A stretch of 55,310 nucleotides of DNA from a virus (IMGVR_UViG_3300012665_000810:1-55310); one strand, 5' to 3'. Positions 1 through 11,365 are shown, numbered from the stretch's first letter. The notes: generated by a model not told the origin, from the letters alone. Made by a program: numbers and translations.

Positions 1-3000
1 TGTATTCTTCAAAGCTTTCTAATTTTTGTTTTAATCTCCAATCAGGAGTTGTTAAGCTAACAGTATTAAAGTAATACACCGCTCCTTGATTTTGTAAATT
101 AATATCAGCCATCGGGCTGCTCACTACAATATTTTTTCCAGAATCGTCTATGTCGACAGCATATCCAAACTTATCCCCAACAAACAACTGTTCAATAAAT
201 CCAGTATCATTAATAACATCTAACGACTGAGCCGTGAACGTTTGTTTTAATTGATAAACTTGTGAGCTGTCTCGCTGATAAACATAGACTTTACCGGTGG
301 AGCTAAACACACTGTCACCTATAGAGACCCAAGGGTCGCCATTTTCTGGACGTTGGTTGACACTGGTATAAGCAAGACTAGAATCATACTGTGTATCGTC
401 AGTCCAACTGCGTGGATCGATTAATTTATAATATCCAGTAGAGATATCGTTTTCAATAAACTTAATAACATCCCCTACTTGGTATTCTTGATATCGACTC
501 CACTCGCCTTTATAATTTTCGTAGTATGCACCATCGCTGTCAGGAGCGCCAACTACTAACACCGATCCGTCTTTGCTCATAACTATGCTAGAACCAAATT
601 GATCTCCTTGCTTAGTTAATTCTGCTTTTTGTGTGGGCGATAATAGTCCAATTCCTAATGTTGACCCGTCGTCGACTAAAGCAATATTGGTTGGCAACGA
701 ACTTTGCGTCGACACTTGATCGATTTGCTTCCATTCGGCCGCAATCGAAATATCATTACTTTCGATTGCAATAGTACTGTCGCTGGCGCTGTCTTCATTT
801 ATGTCAACTTGTGCTTGCCACAGTCTGTCATCCCACCATACAATCGATCCTGCATGATATCTTGCACCAGACTCGTATATTCCTTGATAGTTGGAGTTTT
901 CGTGGTGTATCCATTCTGTACCGTTAAATTTATATAGATAAACTCTACCGCGATTCTTTAAAGCCCCTGGCGCAGAAACTGCCATCCAGTATTCATTACC
1001 ATCGAATCCTACAGTTGTTTTACTACCAAATAGTTCATCCTCTGCAGGACGAGGACTTAATATATTTTTAAATAATTGCCAGTTGTTATTAGTCCATTTA
1101 TAAACGCTAACCATTCCTTGTCTGCTAGGGCCAACGCCACGAGCAAAAGAATCACCCAATGTATGAGTTGTAGCAGGAGCCCAGTCTTTAGATCCTAAAT
1201 CTATACCGGCAGATGTGCTGCCGTCAGGTTGTACACTTTCTAATGCTTTCCATAACTTACCATGGAACAAAACAATATCATCTTTGTTGTAAGAAGCATT
1301 TTTATTAAATTCTCCCATGAAATAACTTACTGCTTGCGACATGTTTGGAATACCGATCATCAACCAAGTGTTATCCGAACTTGTTGATAAAGAAGAACCA
1401 AACGAATCACCAATTAACGGCAGTAAATCTGTTTCAGGAATTATTATTTGTTTAATCTGTAATAAATCGCCTTCGAGGTAAGTTGTTACTAACGAACTTT
1501 CAGGCATACTCATAATTGTTTGTTTTAATACGTCGGCATGTATTACGGCCGAACCTGCGCCAAGCGGAGTGGTCGTTCCGTAGTTGTCTATTTGAGTATA
1601 TGTGAATATTTTATTTTTTTCTAATACTTGCCAACCAGCATCGTTAACGTTATCAATCCATAGTTTAGAACCAGTGGCCAATGCTGCAACTGCCGATGAC
1701 GATAATGTTTCTTTGTCAGTGAAACGAGCGTCAGTAAATCCATAAATTCCAATTGTAGTACTTTGATCTACTTCGGGATCTAACCCGCCAGCATCAACTT
1801 CTACAAATATTGTTTTTTGAGTTACTGTGACAATTTTAAAGAATCCAGTAAGATTTGGAACATTTTGAATTCCAATAATATCTCCTACTGATAAATTGTG
1901 TATCCTATTAAAAAATATTTCAACCGATCCGCTATTTTTTGTTGCATCTAAAATTGCCAGTAATGGTTTTTTATTCAGACGTAACACAGTCCACGAGTAA
2001 TCGTCGAATGTAATCCAAAAATGATCATTCTCTTTTATTTCAGAAATATTAACATTTAATATTTCATCTCTATTTTTTAAAATATAATCAACTTGATCTA
2101 ATTTTACATACCCAGCTGTTTGTAGTTCGTCAAAGTCTGTCTTAGGAAGCATGTTAATATCAAAGGGCGTTGCAGACTTTGTAAACTTTGAAGGAGGCAG
2201 ACGCAGATACTGATCCATTATCCCTGCATTAGGTTCAGTAGTAGTAAACAGTATTGGCTGTGGATTTATTTTTAGATCAGCCTTATCTATAGTGAATTCA
2301 ATTTCTTTAAGCTGATCAACACCACCAAATGTTCCAACATTAAATGCCCACTCTTCGTTTAATACAATACTGTCTTCTGTAGTCTTACTCAACTTATCAA
2401 ATACTTTTACAGCGGCATTTATGGTGCCCTTATCTCTAATAAATCCTTGATAAAGTTGAAATTGTGTAACATTGTCTTCTGCAAGACCTTGTAAATATTC
2501 TCGTGTTTGATAGCCAACTGAGTGACGTCCTAAATCTCGTTGACTTGACTCTAGTCCGTCAGAGTCTAAATCATAATAATCTGTAAATTGATTAATTCTA
2601 TAATCAAAATTTGGAATCAATGCTTTTGACGGAGTCGAATCAAGTATCGACCACTTAGTATTATCAAAGGATTCTAAACCTTGTTGATTTGTTTGACTAA
2701 CCCAACTATATGCTTTATAGGCAACAATGTCACCTAGTTTATAATCAACATACGGTTGCCATGGTTGAATGTTTACATTGTCATATAGGAATCCAGGGCT
2801 AGTGTAATCTCCATCCCAGTCAACTGTGCGGAAGCCTCTTGATTTAATTCTTTCTTGGCGATATCCGGTTGTCTTGTCGTAGATAACATCATTGAATACT
2901 GTTCGATCTGAAAAAATTGCAACGTGTTCTTTTAATACTAAGAAACCTTTAAAGAAATATATACCATCACTAGTATTAGTTGTTTCAATTGAAACTGTTT

Positions 3001-6000
3001 GGTAGTCTCGTTTAATATTAAGATAGTTAGGAGTTAACGGTGTTCCATCCCCTCTATATATTTGATAATCATAAAAACTATCGAGTATGTTATCAGGCAC
3101 ACCTATATTAAAAGATATTTCTAACTTTTCACCAGCTGGACTTAGTGTAATTAAAGAACCAATCGCCCAGTTATGACTTGTCCAGTACATAAATTCTTTT
3201 GCACTAGTCAGCCAGTTTTGTGTTACTTTGTTTTCGCTATCGTATCGATTAAAAGTAAATCCTTTTGATAGCAAGTATTTTTCATAGCCAAATATAAAAT
3301 CAATTACTGATTGAATTGTTGGTAAGATTGTTCCGTAGTTTAATTTGGATATTGAATTAGTATTAAACGTTCTTCGACTCAGTGCTTCAACAGCATTCTT
3401 TTTAGGTAAAGATGGTAATTTTTTCCAGACCGCTAAAGAAAAAACATCTGCCGAAGTATGACTAGATAAACTTCTGTAAAATTCATTTTTGTATTGGGCA
3501 ATAATTCCGTTACCATAAAACTGATTTGAAGACCATGTTACGAATTCTTCACTAATGCCGCCTACAGAAATTGTACCGTCAGATTGACTTGTTACTGGTT
3601 CATAATAATAAAAGAATGGCTCAAGACTGTCATACCCTTTAATCTTCCATCCTCTATCTGTTTTCTCGACAATTACGCCACTGTAAACAATTGTTTCGAT
3701 TGGTGCGCTAACATTAAAGAAAATTTCTTGATTTTCGTTTGGAATGAAAATACTGCTTGAAGTTGATTTAGGGTTCTTACTATCTAGAATAAATTTTTGT
3801 TGAGTTTGATCAACAAACCCGCTCATTCTATACGTTAGCGCAACATCGATAGATTCCAAATAGGTTGTTAATTCAGTTGTTGATAAGTTTTGACTTTTTA
3901 AATAATCAACAATATACGATACCAATCCTGAAGTTTCCGATCCGCCTAACGATGATGTTAACAAATCTTCAACTCGAATAAAAAGATCAGTGTTAGCGTT
4001 TACTGTCTGCCCTAATTTATTAGTTTTTACTTTTGATCTATCAAGACTTTGTCCAATAAAATCAAGTGGTCTTAACAAACATAATGCTATAATTTGTGCA
4101 AAAGGAAATTCGCTACTAATATACCAAGTGTGTTCAACTGGGCCTTGATCGCCTAATTTAAAATCTCCTTCATTATTAATTAAAGAAAAATTTTGTGCTA
4201 GGTTTGAATCAAGCGGGCTTAATAATTTTCCGTCACCGTCAACAGGAATGTGAGACATTAAACTAGGGCGTTGATATCTAGAAGAAATACCTGCTCTAGC
4301 ACCTTGTCTAATTATTCCATTTGTTAGATCTTCCCATAAAATTAAATTATTAGAAGTATACGGCGCAGGACCATACTCACTTTCCCACCATGTTGGCTTT
4401 TCACTAAATCCTAACATTTCCCAAGGACATGTGTGCGGACGATCAGTGTCATAAAACCATTTATAAACTCCGCGCCACCAACCAGGTAAGTTTTCCAATC
4501 CGGTCGGATCTGCCATTTTAGAATAGGTATATGTGAATGAATTTTCAGTATCAAAATAATCATTAGCAATGTAATCAATATTTGTATCCGAAATCCATTT
4601 TAAAAATTCTTGATTAATAATGTTTGTAAGTTGTTCTCTTCTGCCAAACACTCCGGTGTTATAATAGCCACCAAGAATACGATCGTTATCGTGCAGTTCT
4701 TCGTTGTATTCAACTTTAATATTATTATAAATTCTTAATTCAAGTTCAAGAATAGCATCATCACGATAGTCTCCAAATGCAGAAATAATACTGCCGTCGT
4801 GGCCTTGAATAACTTCTTTAGGCTCTATGTAGGTATCATCAAGAAACTTCCTAGGTAGATATTTTTTATACAGTCCTAGTTTAGTTGGAGTTTGTGGAAT
4901 ATGATTAAATGCTGTTGATGTGTATTCTCTAATTTCTAAATTATCACCTTCAACAAGGTCAATGGTTAAGTTGACAAAAGAAAATGTTGAATTAAATTCA
5001 TAATCTGTAGTATTGATTAATTGTCTATCATTAAGATATAGATATACAGCTTTGCTACTTAACGTATTAAGATCAAATTGTTGAGACAATGAAAATGTTT
5101 TTATTCCAGGATCTTCAACAGTATAGTATACAGCAGTAAATGCTCCGCTACCGATCATATCAGAATCAGAGAAAGGATTATTAATATTCTTAGCTTTGGT
5201 AATTTCTATGATTGCTTCATCAACAAAATTTGCAATATTACTAGTATAGTTTAAATTTGCAACTGTGTTTAAAAATTTATTTTTAAAATCTGAATAAGAT
5301 TTTTTAGCGTACCGAATAGACTTAATAAGATTGATTTTTTTATCAACCAACAACATTGTTGCAACCGGGCTTAAATTTTCATGTTTTAAAAATCGTTTAG
5401 TGTGCGACTGGTACCCAGAGATGTCTCTTAAGTTACTAGACGATCCTAATACATTTCCTGTAAATCCTTCAAAAAATTCTAATCCAGTAGTTACATGATC
5501 AGCTGCTTGGCCAAATGTAAAAGATTCTAAATTTTGGTTTAGTGGATTTTTTTCTAAGCCGACAGGAATTTCATAGTATCCTGTATCTGGCGGTTGATCG
5601 CAAAATACCTTAATAACAATAACATCGTCAATTGCAAAGGTTGTATTAAATGTAAATGTGTTTGAGATTCGTGTGTATGTTGCTGATAATTTTTCTCCGT
5701 TTAGGTAAAAAAAGATTTTATCATTGGCAGTTAACAAGTCCCAATTAACTGTTGTAAGCTCAAGTGTTGATGTTGCTGAATTAATTTTTTGATAATCAAT
5801 TATCGGCTGCAAATAAGTTTGAGCTGTTTCAAGCCAACCGTTGCCATATTCTTCAGTCACATTGAATTTATAAAAACCGGTCGCTAATTTAATTGTTGGA
5901 CTTGTTTGATCTGATTTATAAGTGAATGTGTCAGTGTCCCAATTATTAGTGAATAAAATATCTCCTACATTGTCGATATTCAAATAACTGATTGCAAATC

Positions 6001-7921
6001 CTAAATGTTTATCAGCAACTCCTGTAGGATTAGTTGTATAACTAATAAGTTTTGTTCCGGTGAACGTTGATACAGGGTAAGTTTCAATATCAGAAAAGCT
6101 AACACCGTTTTTATCAAAGACATCAAATAATGGTGCTTGATTGACTTGCGTTTTTTGTTGGCTCAGATTCCAAGACGTTCCATCAAAGTAATACATCTCT
6201 CCTTGATTGGCTTTTCCTCTTCGGATCAGAACTGTTTCCCCGGATATCGACACTGTATCGTCGATTGTTTTTAATGTTATCTGTTTTTGTCCCTGGAAAA
6301 CAATAAAGCTAACTTCGTAAATTTGATTGTTAACTTGATTATCAGTATCAGCAACAACTAATATTCGGGCACCGTCAAATACATCTTCTCCGTCAATATT
6401 GTATCCTGTACTACCTTCAATTTTAGAAAAAACGTCTGTAGTAAATGTGTCAATGTAATCGACTGTTTTTTTAGAGTAGCTACCGTGTTGATATAATTTT
6501 AAATCAGGAAGGAACTCTATAATAGGACGTTTTGCTCGTGTAGTTTCCGTTGATTCAAATGTTGAACCCGATATGGTATGAGCATACTCTAATACACTTC
6601 TGTGGAACCATCGATTATAACGACTCCACGGATTTGCGTCTCGACTGCTTTTTGCAATGGTAAGATAATCAAGAGCACCAGGATAAGACGATGCATCATC
6701 AAACGGTAACGAATCAAAACCTTCATTATCAAATAATACATCTGGAAAATTTTTATTTAAGACAGGAATAACTAACTCGTCAAACGCAGTTAAGGTAATG
6801 CTCGATCCTACGCCTTCGACTAACCAGTTACCTTTAGCATATTTTGTTGGCAATACTGTTCCACCAAATGATACAATAAGACCGTTAGTCAATACTATTC
6901 CATTACCGCTGGTGTATTCAACTTTGCCTACAATATCCTTTTCGATATCAAGTTTAGTATTTGAAATAATATCCTCAATTAAAAAGCGGCCGAATCTATT
7001 CGGATCTGTTCTGCTTTGATAATAAAGAACATCAGGAGCATCGTACGGTATTTCAAAAGTAACAGTTCCAACTTCAATGCCGTTGTTAGTAACTCCGTTG
7101 TCGTAATCTAACGCCTTTGGACTATTTGAAGATTCTAGGAATTCCCAATCCTGAGAATCAAGAGTAATCGTACTGCCATCGCCCGGATTAATTGGAGCCG
7201 TTGCCCTCCATAGCCCGCCATCGAATACTACTACTGAACCGGCAGGATATGCAAAGTCTGGATCGTAAAGTAATGATCCTGTGTCGTAAGCTGTTCTAAT
7301 TACAAATCCGTTTCCTGGAGCATTAACAACAAATTTATATTTTTGACCTCTATATAAGGTAATAGTTGGGTTATTTGTATACCCGTCTGGGAAGAAAATA
7401 AACGAACTTTGTTCAGACATTTTTACTCTGTATGAACTAGTTACTGTAGAATTTAATCCGTATACCCTAACCGGTGGCGGACCACTTGGAACCCAATAGT
7501 ACTCTCGATAATTAATAAACTTATCCCAATCAATTGGCGGATTCCATGAATAGTGCTTTTGGCTAGTAACTAGATCATCGCGTTCGTCAAGGTTACCAAA
7601 GAAAGTTAAAATATTTTTTAAATCTAGATAATCATAAAAATTTGTAGTCTTGCCATTAGTTTTTGTAACTACTCCTGGCTCTAACTGGTAGCGACTTCGC
7701 AATGTATTATCAGTATCTAAGTAAACATCTGTTCCATTAAATGTTTTTCCGTATCTACGGCCAACATACCCAACTGTTTTTTCTAAAACACCTGGTTGAA
7801 TTAATGGATCAAAGATTCCATTTAGAAATTTATCATTAGTGTCCGTTTGAAAAACCTGTGGTAAGAAATCAACAGTTCGTCTTATAGGAAGCTGACTTTT
7901 AGGAAATACTTTATTTGCCAT
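1..7921 (-). CDS. Giant baseplate wedge protein (T4 gp7-like position), >2640 aa, C-terminus outside the window
   Basis: Not in the ORF track because it has no stop in the window. ATG at 7921, 2 nt after the gp6-like stop; begins MANKVFPKSQLPIRRTVDFLPQVFQTDTNDKFL. The same frame reads SLTTPDWRLKQKLESFEEY at the left edge. The distal part has FG-GAP-like propeller repeats (e.g. GDQFGSSIVMSKDGSVLVVGAP near 540-610). Confidence 0.8.
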   Translation of the reverse strand, partial: MANKVFPKSQLPIRRTVDFLPQVFQTDTNDKFLNGIFDPLIQPGVLEKTVGYVGRRYGKTFNGTDVYLDTDNTLRSRYQLEPGVVTKTNGKTTNFYDYLDLKNILTFFGNLDERDDLVTSQKHYSWNPPIDWDKFINYREYYWVPSGPPPVRVYGLNSTVTSSYRVKMSEQSSFIFFPDGYTNNPTITLYRGQKYKFVVNAPGNGFVIRTAYDTGSLLYDPDFAYPAGSVVVFDGGLWRATAPINPGDGSTITLDSQDWEFLESSNSPKALDYDNGVTNNGIEVGTVTFEIPYDAPDVLYYQSRTDPNRFGRFLIEDIISNTKLDIEKDIVGKVEYTSGNGIVLTNGLIVSFGGTVLPTKYAKGNWLVEGVGSSITLTAFDELVIPVLNKNFPDVLFDNEGFDSLPFDDASSYPGALDYLTIAKSSRDANPWSRYNRWFHRSVLEYAHTISGSTFESTETTRAKRPIIEFLPDLKLYQHGSYSKKTVDYIDTFTTDVFSKIEGSTGYNIDGEDVFDGARILVVADTDNQVNNQIYEVSFIVFQGQKQITLKTIDDTVSISGETVLIRRGKANQGEMYYFDGTSWNLSQQKTQVNQAPLFDVFDKNGVSFSDIETYPVSTFTGTKLISYTTNPTGVADKHLGFAISYLNIDNVGDILFTNNWDTDTFTYKSDQTSPTIKLATGFYKFNVTEEYGNGWLETAQTYLQPIIDYQKINSATSTLELTTVNWDLLTANDKIFFYLNGEKLSATYTRISNTFTFNTTFAIDDVIVIKVFCDQPPDTGYYEIPVGLEKNPLNQNLESFTFGQAADHVTTGLEFFEGFTGNVLGSSSNLRDISGYQSHTKRFLKHENLSPVATMLLVDKKINLIKSIRYAKKSYSDFKNKFLNTVANLNYTSNIANFVDEAIIEITKAKNINNPFSDSDMIGSGAFTAVYYTVEDPGIKTFSLSQQFDLNTLSSKAVYLYLNDRQLINTTDYEFNSTFSFVNLTIDLVEGDNLEIREYTSTAFNHIPQTPTKLGLYKKYLPRKFLDDTYIEPKEVIQGHDGSIISAFGDYRDDAILELELRIYNNIKVEYNEELHDNDRILGGYYNTGVFGRREQLTNIINQEFLKWISDTNIDYIANDYFDTENSFTYTYSKMADPTGLENLPGWWRGVYKWFYDTDRPHTCPWEMLGFSEKPTWWESEYGPAPYTSNNLILWEDLTNGIIRQGARAGISSRYQRPSLMSHIPVDGDGKLLSPLDSNLAQNFSLINNEGDFKLGDQGPVEHTWYISSEFPFAQIIALCLLRPLDFIGQSLDRSKVKTNKLGQTVNANTDLFIRVEDLLTSSLGGSETSGLVSYIVDYLKSQNLSTTELTTYLESIDVALTYRMSGFVDQTQQKFILDSKNPKSTSSSIFIPNENQEIFFNVSAPIETIVYSGVIVEKTDRGWKIKGYDSLEPFFYYYEPVTSQSDGTISVGGISEEFVTWSSNQFYGNGIIAQYKNEFYRSLSSHTSADVFSLAVWKKLPSLPKKNAVEALSRRTFNTNSISKLNYGTILPTIQSVIDFIFGYEKYLLSKGFTFNRYDSENKVTQNWLTSAKEFMYWTSHNWAIGSLITLSPAGEKLEISFNIGVPDNILDSFYDYQIYRGDGTPLTPNYLNIKRDYQTVSIETTNTSDGIYFFKGFLVLKEHVAIFSDRTVFNDVIYDKTTGYRQERIKSRGFRTVDWDGDYTSPGFLYDNVNIQPWQPYVDYKLGDIVAYKAYSWVSQTNQQGLESFDNTKWSILDSTPSKALIPNFDYRINQFTDYYDLDSDGLESSQRDLGRHSVGYQTREYLQGLAEDNVTQFQLYQGFIRDKGTINAAVKVFDKLSKTTEDSIVLNEEWAFNVGTFGGVDQLKEIEFTIDKADLKINPQPILFTTTEPNAGIMDQYLRLPPSKFTKSATPFDINMLPKTDFDELQTAGYVKLDQVDYILKNRDEILNVNISEIKENDHFWITFDDYSWTVLRLNKKPLLAILDATKNSGSVEIFFNRIHNLSVGDIIGIQNVPNLTGFFKIVTVTQKTIFVEVDAGGLDPEVDQSTTIGIYGFTDARFTDKETLSSSAVAALATGSKLWIDNVNDAGWQVLEKNKIFTYTQIDNYGTTTPLGAGSAVIHADVLKQTIMSMPESSLVTTYLEGDLLQIKQIIIPETDLLPLIGDSFGSSLSTSSDNTWLMIGIPNMSQAVSYFMGEFNKNASYNKDDIVLFHGKLWKALESVQPDGSTSAGIDLGSKDWAPATTHTLGDSFARGVGPSRQGMVSVYKWTNNNWQLFKNILSPRPAEDELFGSKTTVGFDGNEYWMAVSAPGALKNRGRVYLYKFNGTEWIHHENSNYQGIYESGARYHAGSIVWWDDRLWQAQVDINEDSASDSTIAIESNDISIAAEWKQIDQVSTQSSLPTNIALVDDGSTLGIGLLSPTQKAELTKQGDQFGSSIVMSKDGSVLVVGAPDSDGAYYENYKGEWSRYQEYQVGDVIKFIENDISTGYYKLIDPRSWTDDTQYDSSLAYTSVNQRPENGDPWVSIGDSVFSSTGKVYVYQRDSSQVYQLKQTFTAQSLDVINDTGFIEQLFVGDKFGYAVDIDDSGKNIVVSSPMADINLQNQGAVYYFNTVSLTTPDWRLKQKLESFEEY

Positions 7922-7923
7922 AA

Positions 7924-10900
7924 TTAAATGTTACTCGTTGTAGTCACTATTGTGCCTGAGATTGCACCAATCTCGGCTGCATTGATTGCTGATACAATTT
8001 CAATATTATCAACTGTTGCTCCGCTGACAAAAATTTCATCAGCTTTGCTTTGTATTTCAAACAAACTTCCAAACGCTTGATTAGCTTGTTTTGGAACAAT
8101 GGTCATGTTAGATACGTCAGGGGCTGTAGAATTTAATATGTAAGTTATCAATTCTGAAAGATAAAATTTATCTCCAAAATCCCAATTAGACACATCAAAA
8201 AATGTATTAATTGCTGTAACTATTCTAACTTTTAAATCGTTATCGTTTAATGTTCTAGATGGATTTTTTACTACTTTAAATTGGGCCTGAAGCTTTGCAT
8301 CTGCTTGTGGACCAAACAATACTTTGTAGGTTACTGGATGATATATTACTTCATCACTGATTGATTTAATAGAATTTAAATTTGCTCCAAAACTTATTCT
8401 TAAGTTATCAGAATTTGGCGGAGTAGGTTCTACTGTTAGACCCATTAGATAATTTCTATAACTTGTATCGTAAGATCTAGTTAATAAGTATACGTCAATA
8501 ATATTACTAACGCTCGGGTTGATTCTTCTATCCACATTAGCATTGTGAATATATTGGAATTTTAATCCTGCACGACCTAAATTGCCTCTGTATGTATTGT
8601 CAATTATTAATGTGCCGGTTGTTCTATCAATACGTTTAATAACATTTTCTGTACTATCATAAAAATAAAATAATTGTCCATCAACATAAGGATCGTTGAT
8701 GTTAATCATACTTTCTCTTAATACAGGAATGATTGTATCGTTTGAATTATCTAAGTACTGGAAAGTTTTAGCGCCAGTGCTATCAATAATCTGCTGGAAG
8801 AAGATGAACGGCGACGGAACTGTAGATTCTGTACCTACGATTCTCTCAAACTCGTCTGGATCATCGATTACTCCATCGTTGTTGCTATCGTAAAATCCTA
8901 ATTTAATTTCTCGAGTACTTTGGTATCCATCTTCAAATCTAATGCTATCGCTTATTTCAAAAGGCATGTCTTGCACTAACTGTGTTATAAGATTACTGTT
9001 AGTATTAATTCCTAATACCTTGACCTGATCCTTAATTACTGTACCATTTAAACTATCGTATATTTTTTGACTAGGGTCAAAATAAAATCTGTTTTTTTGT
9101 AAGCTACCAAAGATATATTCCATACCTCGAATTTTAACAATGTATCGATCTGGTTGCTTAACAAATGCAATAACCCAGGATGCATCTAAATTTGAATTAG
9201 AAATATCTCCAGCTTTACCCAAGGTAAAGTCGTCTACTAAATTTAAATTAGCAGGGGTAATAATTTTCCAAGTAGTTGTTGCAACATCATATCGTAGACC
9301 AAAATTAATGTTTGTAAACGCTAGGTTAACAATTTCTGCTTCCAGCGCCGATGGAATATTAGACACAAACTTTGGAATAATTCTGGATGCTATTGCATTA
9401 TTAGGGATAACATTGCTGAATGTAATTGGACCTAATCCTGATGGCAATACACCTCGTCCAGTGTTTGTACCGTCTCCTACAACACTAATAACTTTAGTCC
9501 ATATATACGGAGTTTGTGTTGGATCTGTTGGATTAGCTGTGACAATTTTTCCTTTCTTAAAGGCTTTTCCTTCTCCTGGCAAGAATTTAATCAATGCATC
9601 TGGAGTAAGATATTTTAATGTGTTATTAGTATAAACACCTGTTTTTAATTTTGATTCATCAACAGAATTTTTAAAATATCCTGTACTGCTTCCGTTTATT
9701 GATGTTACACTTGTCCATAAAGATGTGTCATCAACAAAGATAATTTTTGTAAACTTTGTAAGATAAAAATTGTAAGAATCTGTTTTAGCTATTTCAGTTT
9801 CTAGATATTGTCTGATAAAATTATAAATGTCAACCTTATTTGCATATTTAAAACTCAAAACTGTTTCAACTGGGTTTCTATAAAGGTACCCGTCGTCTGC
9901 AAATACATCAACACTAGAGTACTTTCCGCTAGCATCAATTAAATCAAAATTTCTAGAAATTCCACTTGACGTTCTATTAATTGCTTTTACTTTTAAAATA
10001 TCCTGACTGCTAGACAACGGAGCAAGATTATAATCTTCACCAGTAATCATTCTATTTTGTGTATAGTATGTTGCAGGAGCATTAGCTCTAATAGAATCTA
10101 TCGTTTCTGCAGGGGTAGAAGAAGTTACAGTATATTTTAAACTCATACTAATTGTTAATGTATGAGCAACACCAGTGCTATTAATATACGGAATCGAAAT
10201 AGTAATGCCGCGCATATCTGATGGCGCAATTGCATATGACAGTCCATTGCTTACACGGTAATATACTCTAAAGTTACCTTGAGGTAAATTACCGTACACA
10301 CCATCAGAAAACAATAAGTCTACTTTGTCATTTTCTTTGGTGTTAACAGCATATACATTTTTAATCTGATTTGTTAGGCTGTTATAGGCAATGTTGTTAC
10401 CAACTAATGCAGGAACTTGTGTCCATTTTGTTGTTTGAGCTCCAGTAGATGATAGAGAATATAACCATAAGTCATTGTTATTAATTCCCTGGGCATCAAC
10501 TGATACTTTTTCATTAGTTGTTGGAACTGAGATACTGAAGTTAGCAACTTCTAGACTTCCTTGTTTGAATAGTAAGAAAAATCCGTTGTTGGCGCTTGCT
10601 GGACCTTTACTGTCGTTTTTATATATAAATCCTAATTGATTTGCTGGAAATGGTTCTTCTTCGTAAATTTCTTCTTTACCAAGGAAGGATGTGCTGACTA
10701 ACTCAAATGCCATTCTGCGACTAGCAACTGTTTTAGTAAATGCATAAATTGGTACATCTGCTGACGAAGTTCTAAATCGATACTGATCTGTTTGAATCCC
10801 TTGAATAAATTCAGTACCTTGACTACGACCGAATTCTGTGTTATCTGCCATTGCGGCGTTTAATATTAATAGAAATTGTTCATTCCAGCTAGCATTAGTA

Positions 10901-11340
10901 GGATCATTCCAGATGATAACTTGTTGAGCTAAATTCTTTCCGTTTCCGTCAAGGATACTTTCTGTGGTGCTAATTGTGTCAAATTTTAAAAGCCCTTTAG
11001 CTGGGATATTACGTTTAGCATTGTATCCTAGCATCCGAGCAAGACGTAGTATGTTTTCTTTACGCTCTGCAAGTTCAATAAAATTTTCGCGGCTAGCAAG
11101 ATCGATACGGAAGGACAGGCTTTGGCCTAGGAAGGCAATAGCATCAATTAACGCAAGGTATTCACTACTTTCAATATAGTCATTGAAATCTTCTGGGTAG
11201 TTTTCTCTAATATAGTCAATAATAACTCGACGAAGGTTTTCAAAGTCGTAGCTTTTGAAATCAGCGTTCTTAAATGTCTGGTAGATTCTCTTCCAGTCTT
11301 CGTTTAGAATTAAATTATTTTGTCTTGTGGTTGCTGTCAT
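7924..11340 (-). CDS. gp6: Baseplate wedge subunit, T4 gp6-like (1138 aa)
   Basis: N-terminal DFKSYDFENLRR...F.DY.ESS...LIDAIAF...ENFIELAERKENILRLARMLGY and internal ETIDSIRANAPATYYTQNRMITGEDY are gp6/baseplate-J family motifs; follows gp25. Confidence 0.9.
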   Translation of the reverse strand: MTATTRQNNLILNEDWKRIYQTFKNADFKSYDFENLRRVIIDYIRENYPEDFNDYIESSEYLALIDAIAFLGQSLSFRIDLASRENFIELAERKENILRLARMLGYNAKRNIPAKGLLKFDTISTTESILDGNGKNLAQQVIIWNDPTNASWNEQFLLILNAAMADNTEFGRSQGTEFIQGIQTDQYRFRTSSADVPIYAFTKTVASRRMAFELVSTSFLGKEEIYEEEPFPANQLGFIYKNDSKGPASANNGFFLLFKQGSLEVANFSISVPTTNEKVSVDAQGINNNDLWLYSLSSTGAQTTKWTQVPALVGNNIAYNSLTNQIKNVYAVNTKENDKVDLLFSDGVYGNLPQGNFRVYYRVSNGLSYAIAPSDMRGITISIPYINSTGVAHTLTISMSLKYTVTSSTPAETIDSIRANAPATYYTQNRMITGEDYNLAPLSSSQDILKVKAINRTSSGISRNFDLIDASGKYSSVDVFADDGYLYRNPVETVLSFKYANKVDIYNFIRQYLETEIAKTDSYNFYLTKFTKIIFVDDTSLWTSVTSINGSSTGYFKNSVDESKLKTGVYTNNTLKYLTPDALIKFLPGEGKAFKKGKIVTANPTDPTQTPYIWTKVISVVGDGTNTGRGVLPSGLGPITFSNVIPNNAIASRIIPKFVSNIPSALEAEIVNLAFTNINFGLRYDVATTTWKIITPANLNLVDDFTLGKAGDISNSNLDASWVIAFVKQPDRYIVKIRGMEYIFGSLQKNRFYFDPSQKIYDSLNGTVIKDQVKVLGINTNSNLITQLVQDMPFEISDSIRFEDGYQSTREIKLGFYDSNNDGVIDDPDEFERIVGTESTVPSPFIFFQQIIDSTGAKTFQYLDNSNDTIIPVLRESMININDPYVDGQLFYFYDSTENVIKRIDRTTGTLIIDNTYRGNLGRAGLKFQYIHNANVDRRINPSVSNIIDVYLLTRSYDTSYRNYLMGLTVEPTPPNSDNLRISFGANLNSIKSISDEVIYHPVTYKVLFGPQADAKLQAQFKVVKNPSRTLNDNDLKVRIVTAINTFFDVSNWDFGDKFYLSELITYILNSTAPDVSNMTIVPKQANQAFGSLFEIQSKADEIFVSGATVDNIEIVSAINAAEIGAISGTIVTTTSNI

Positions 11341-11357
11341 TTTACCTTCCTATCCTA

Positions 11358-11365
11358 TATTTATC
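11358..11365 (-). promoter_or_regulatory. T4-type late promoter (GATAAATA)
   Basis: TAAATA core in the short gap between the gp25 stop and the gp6 start. Confidence 0.65.
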
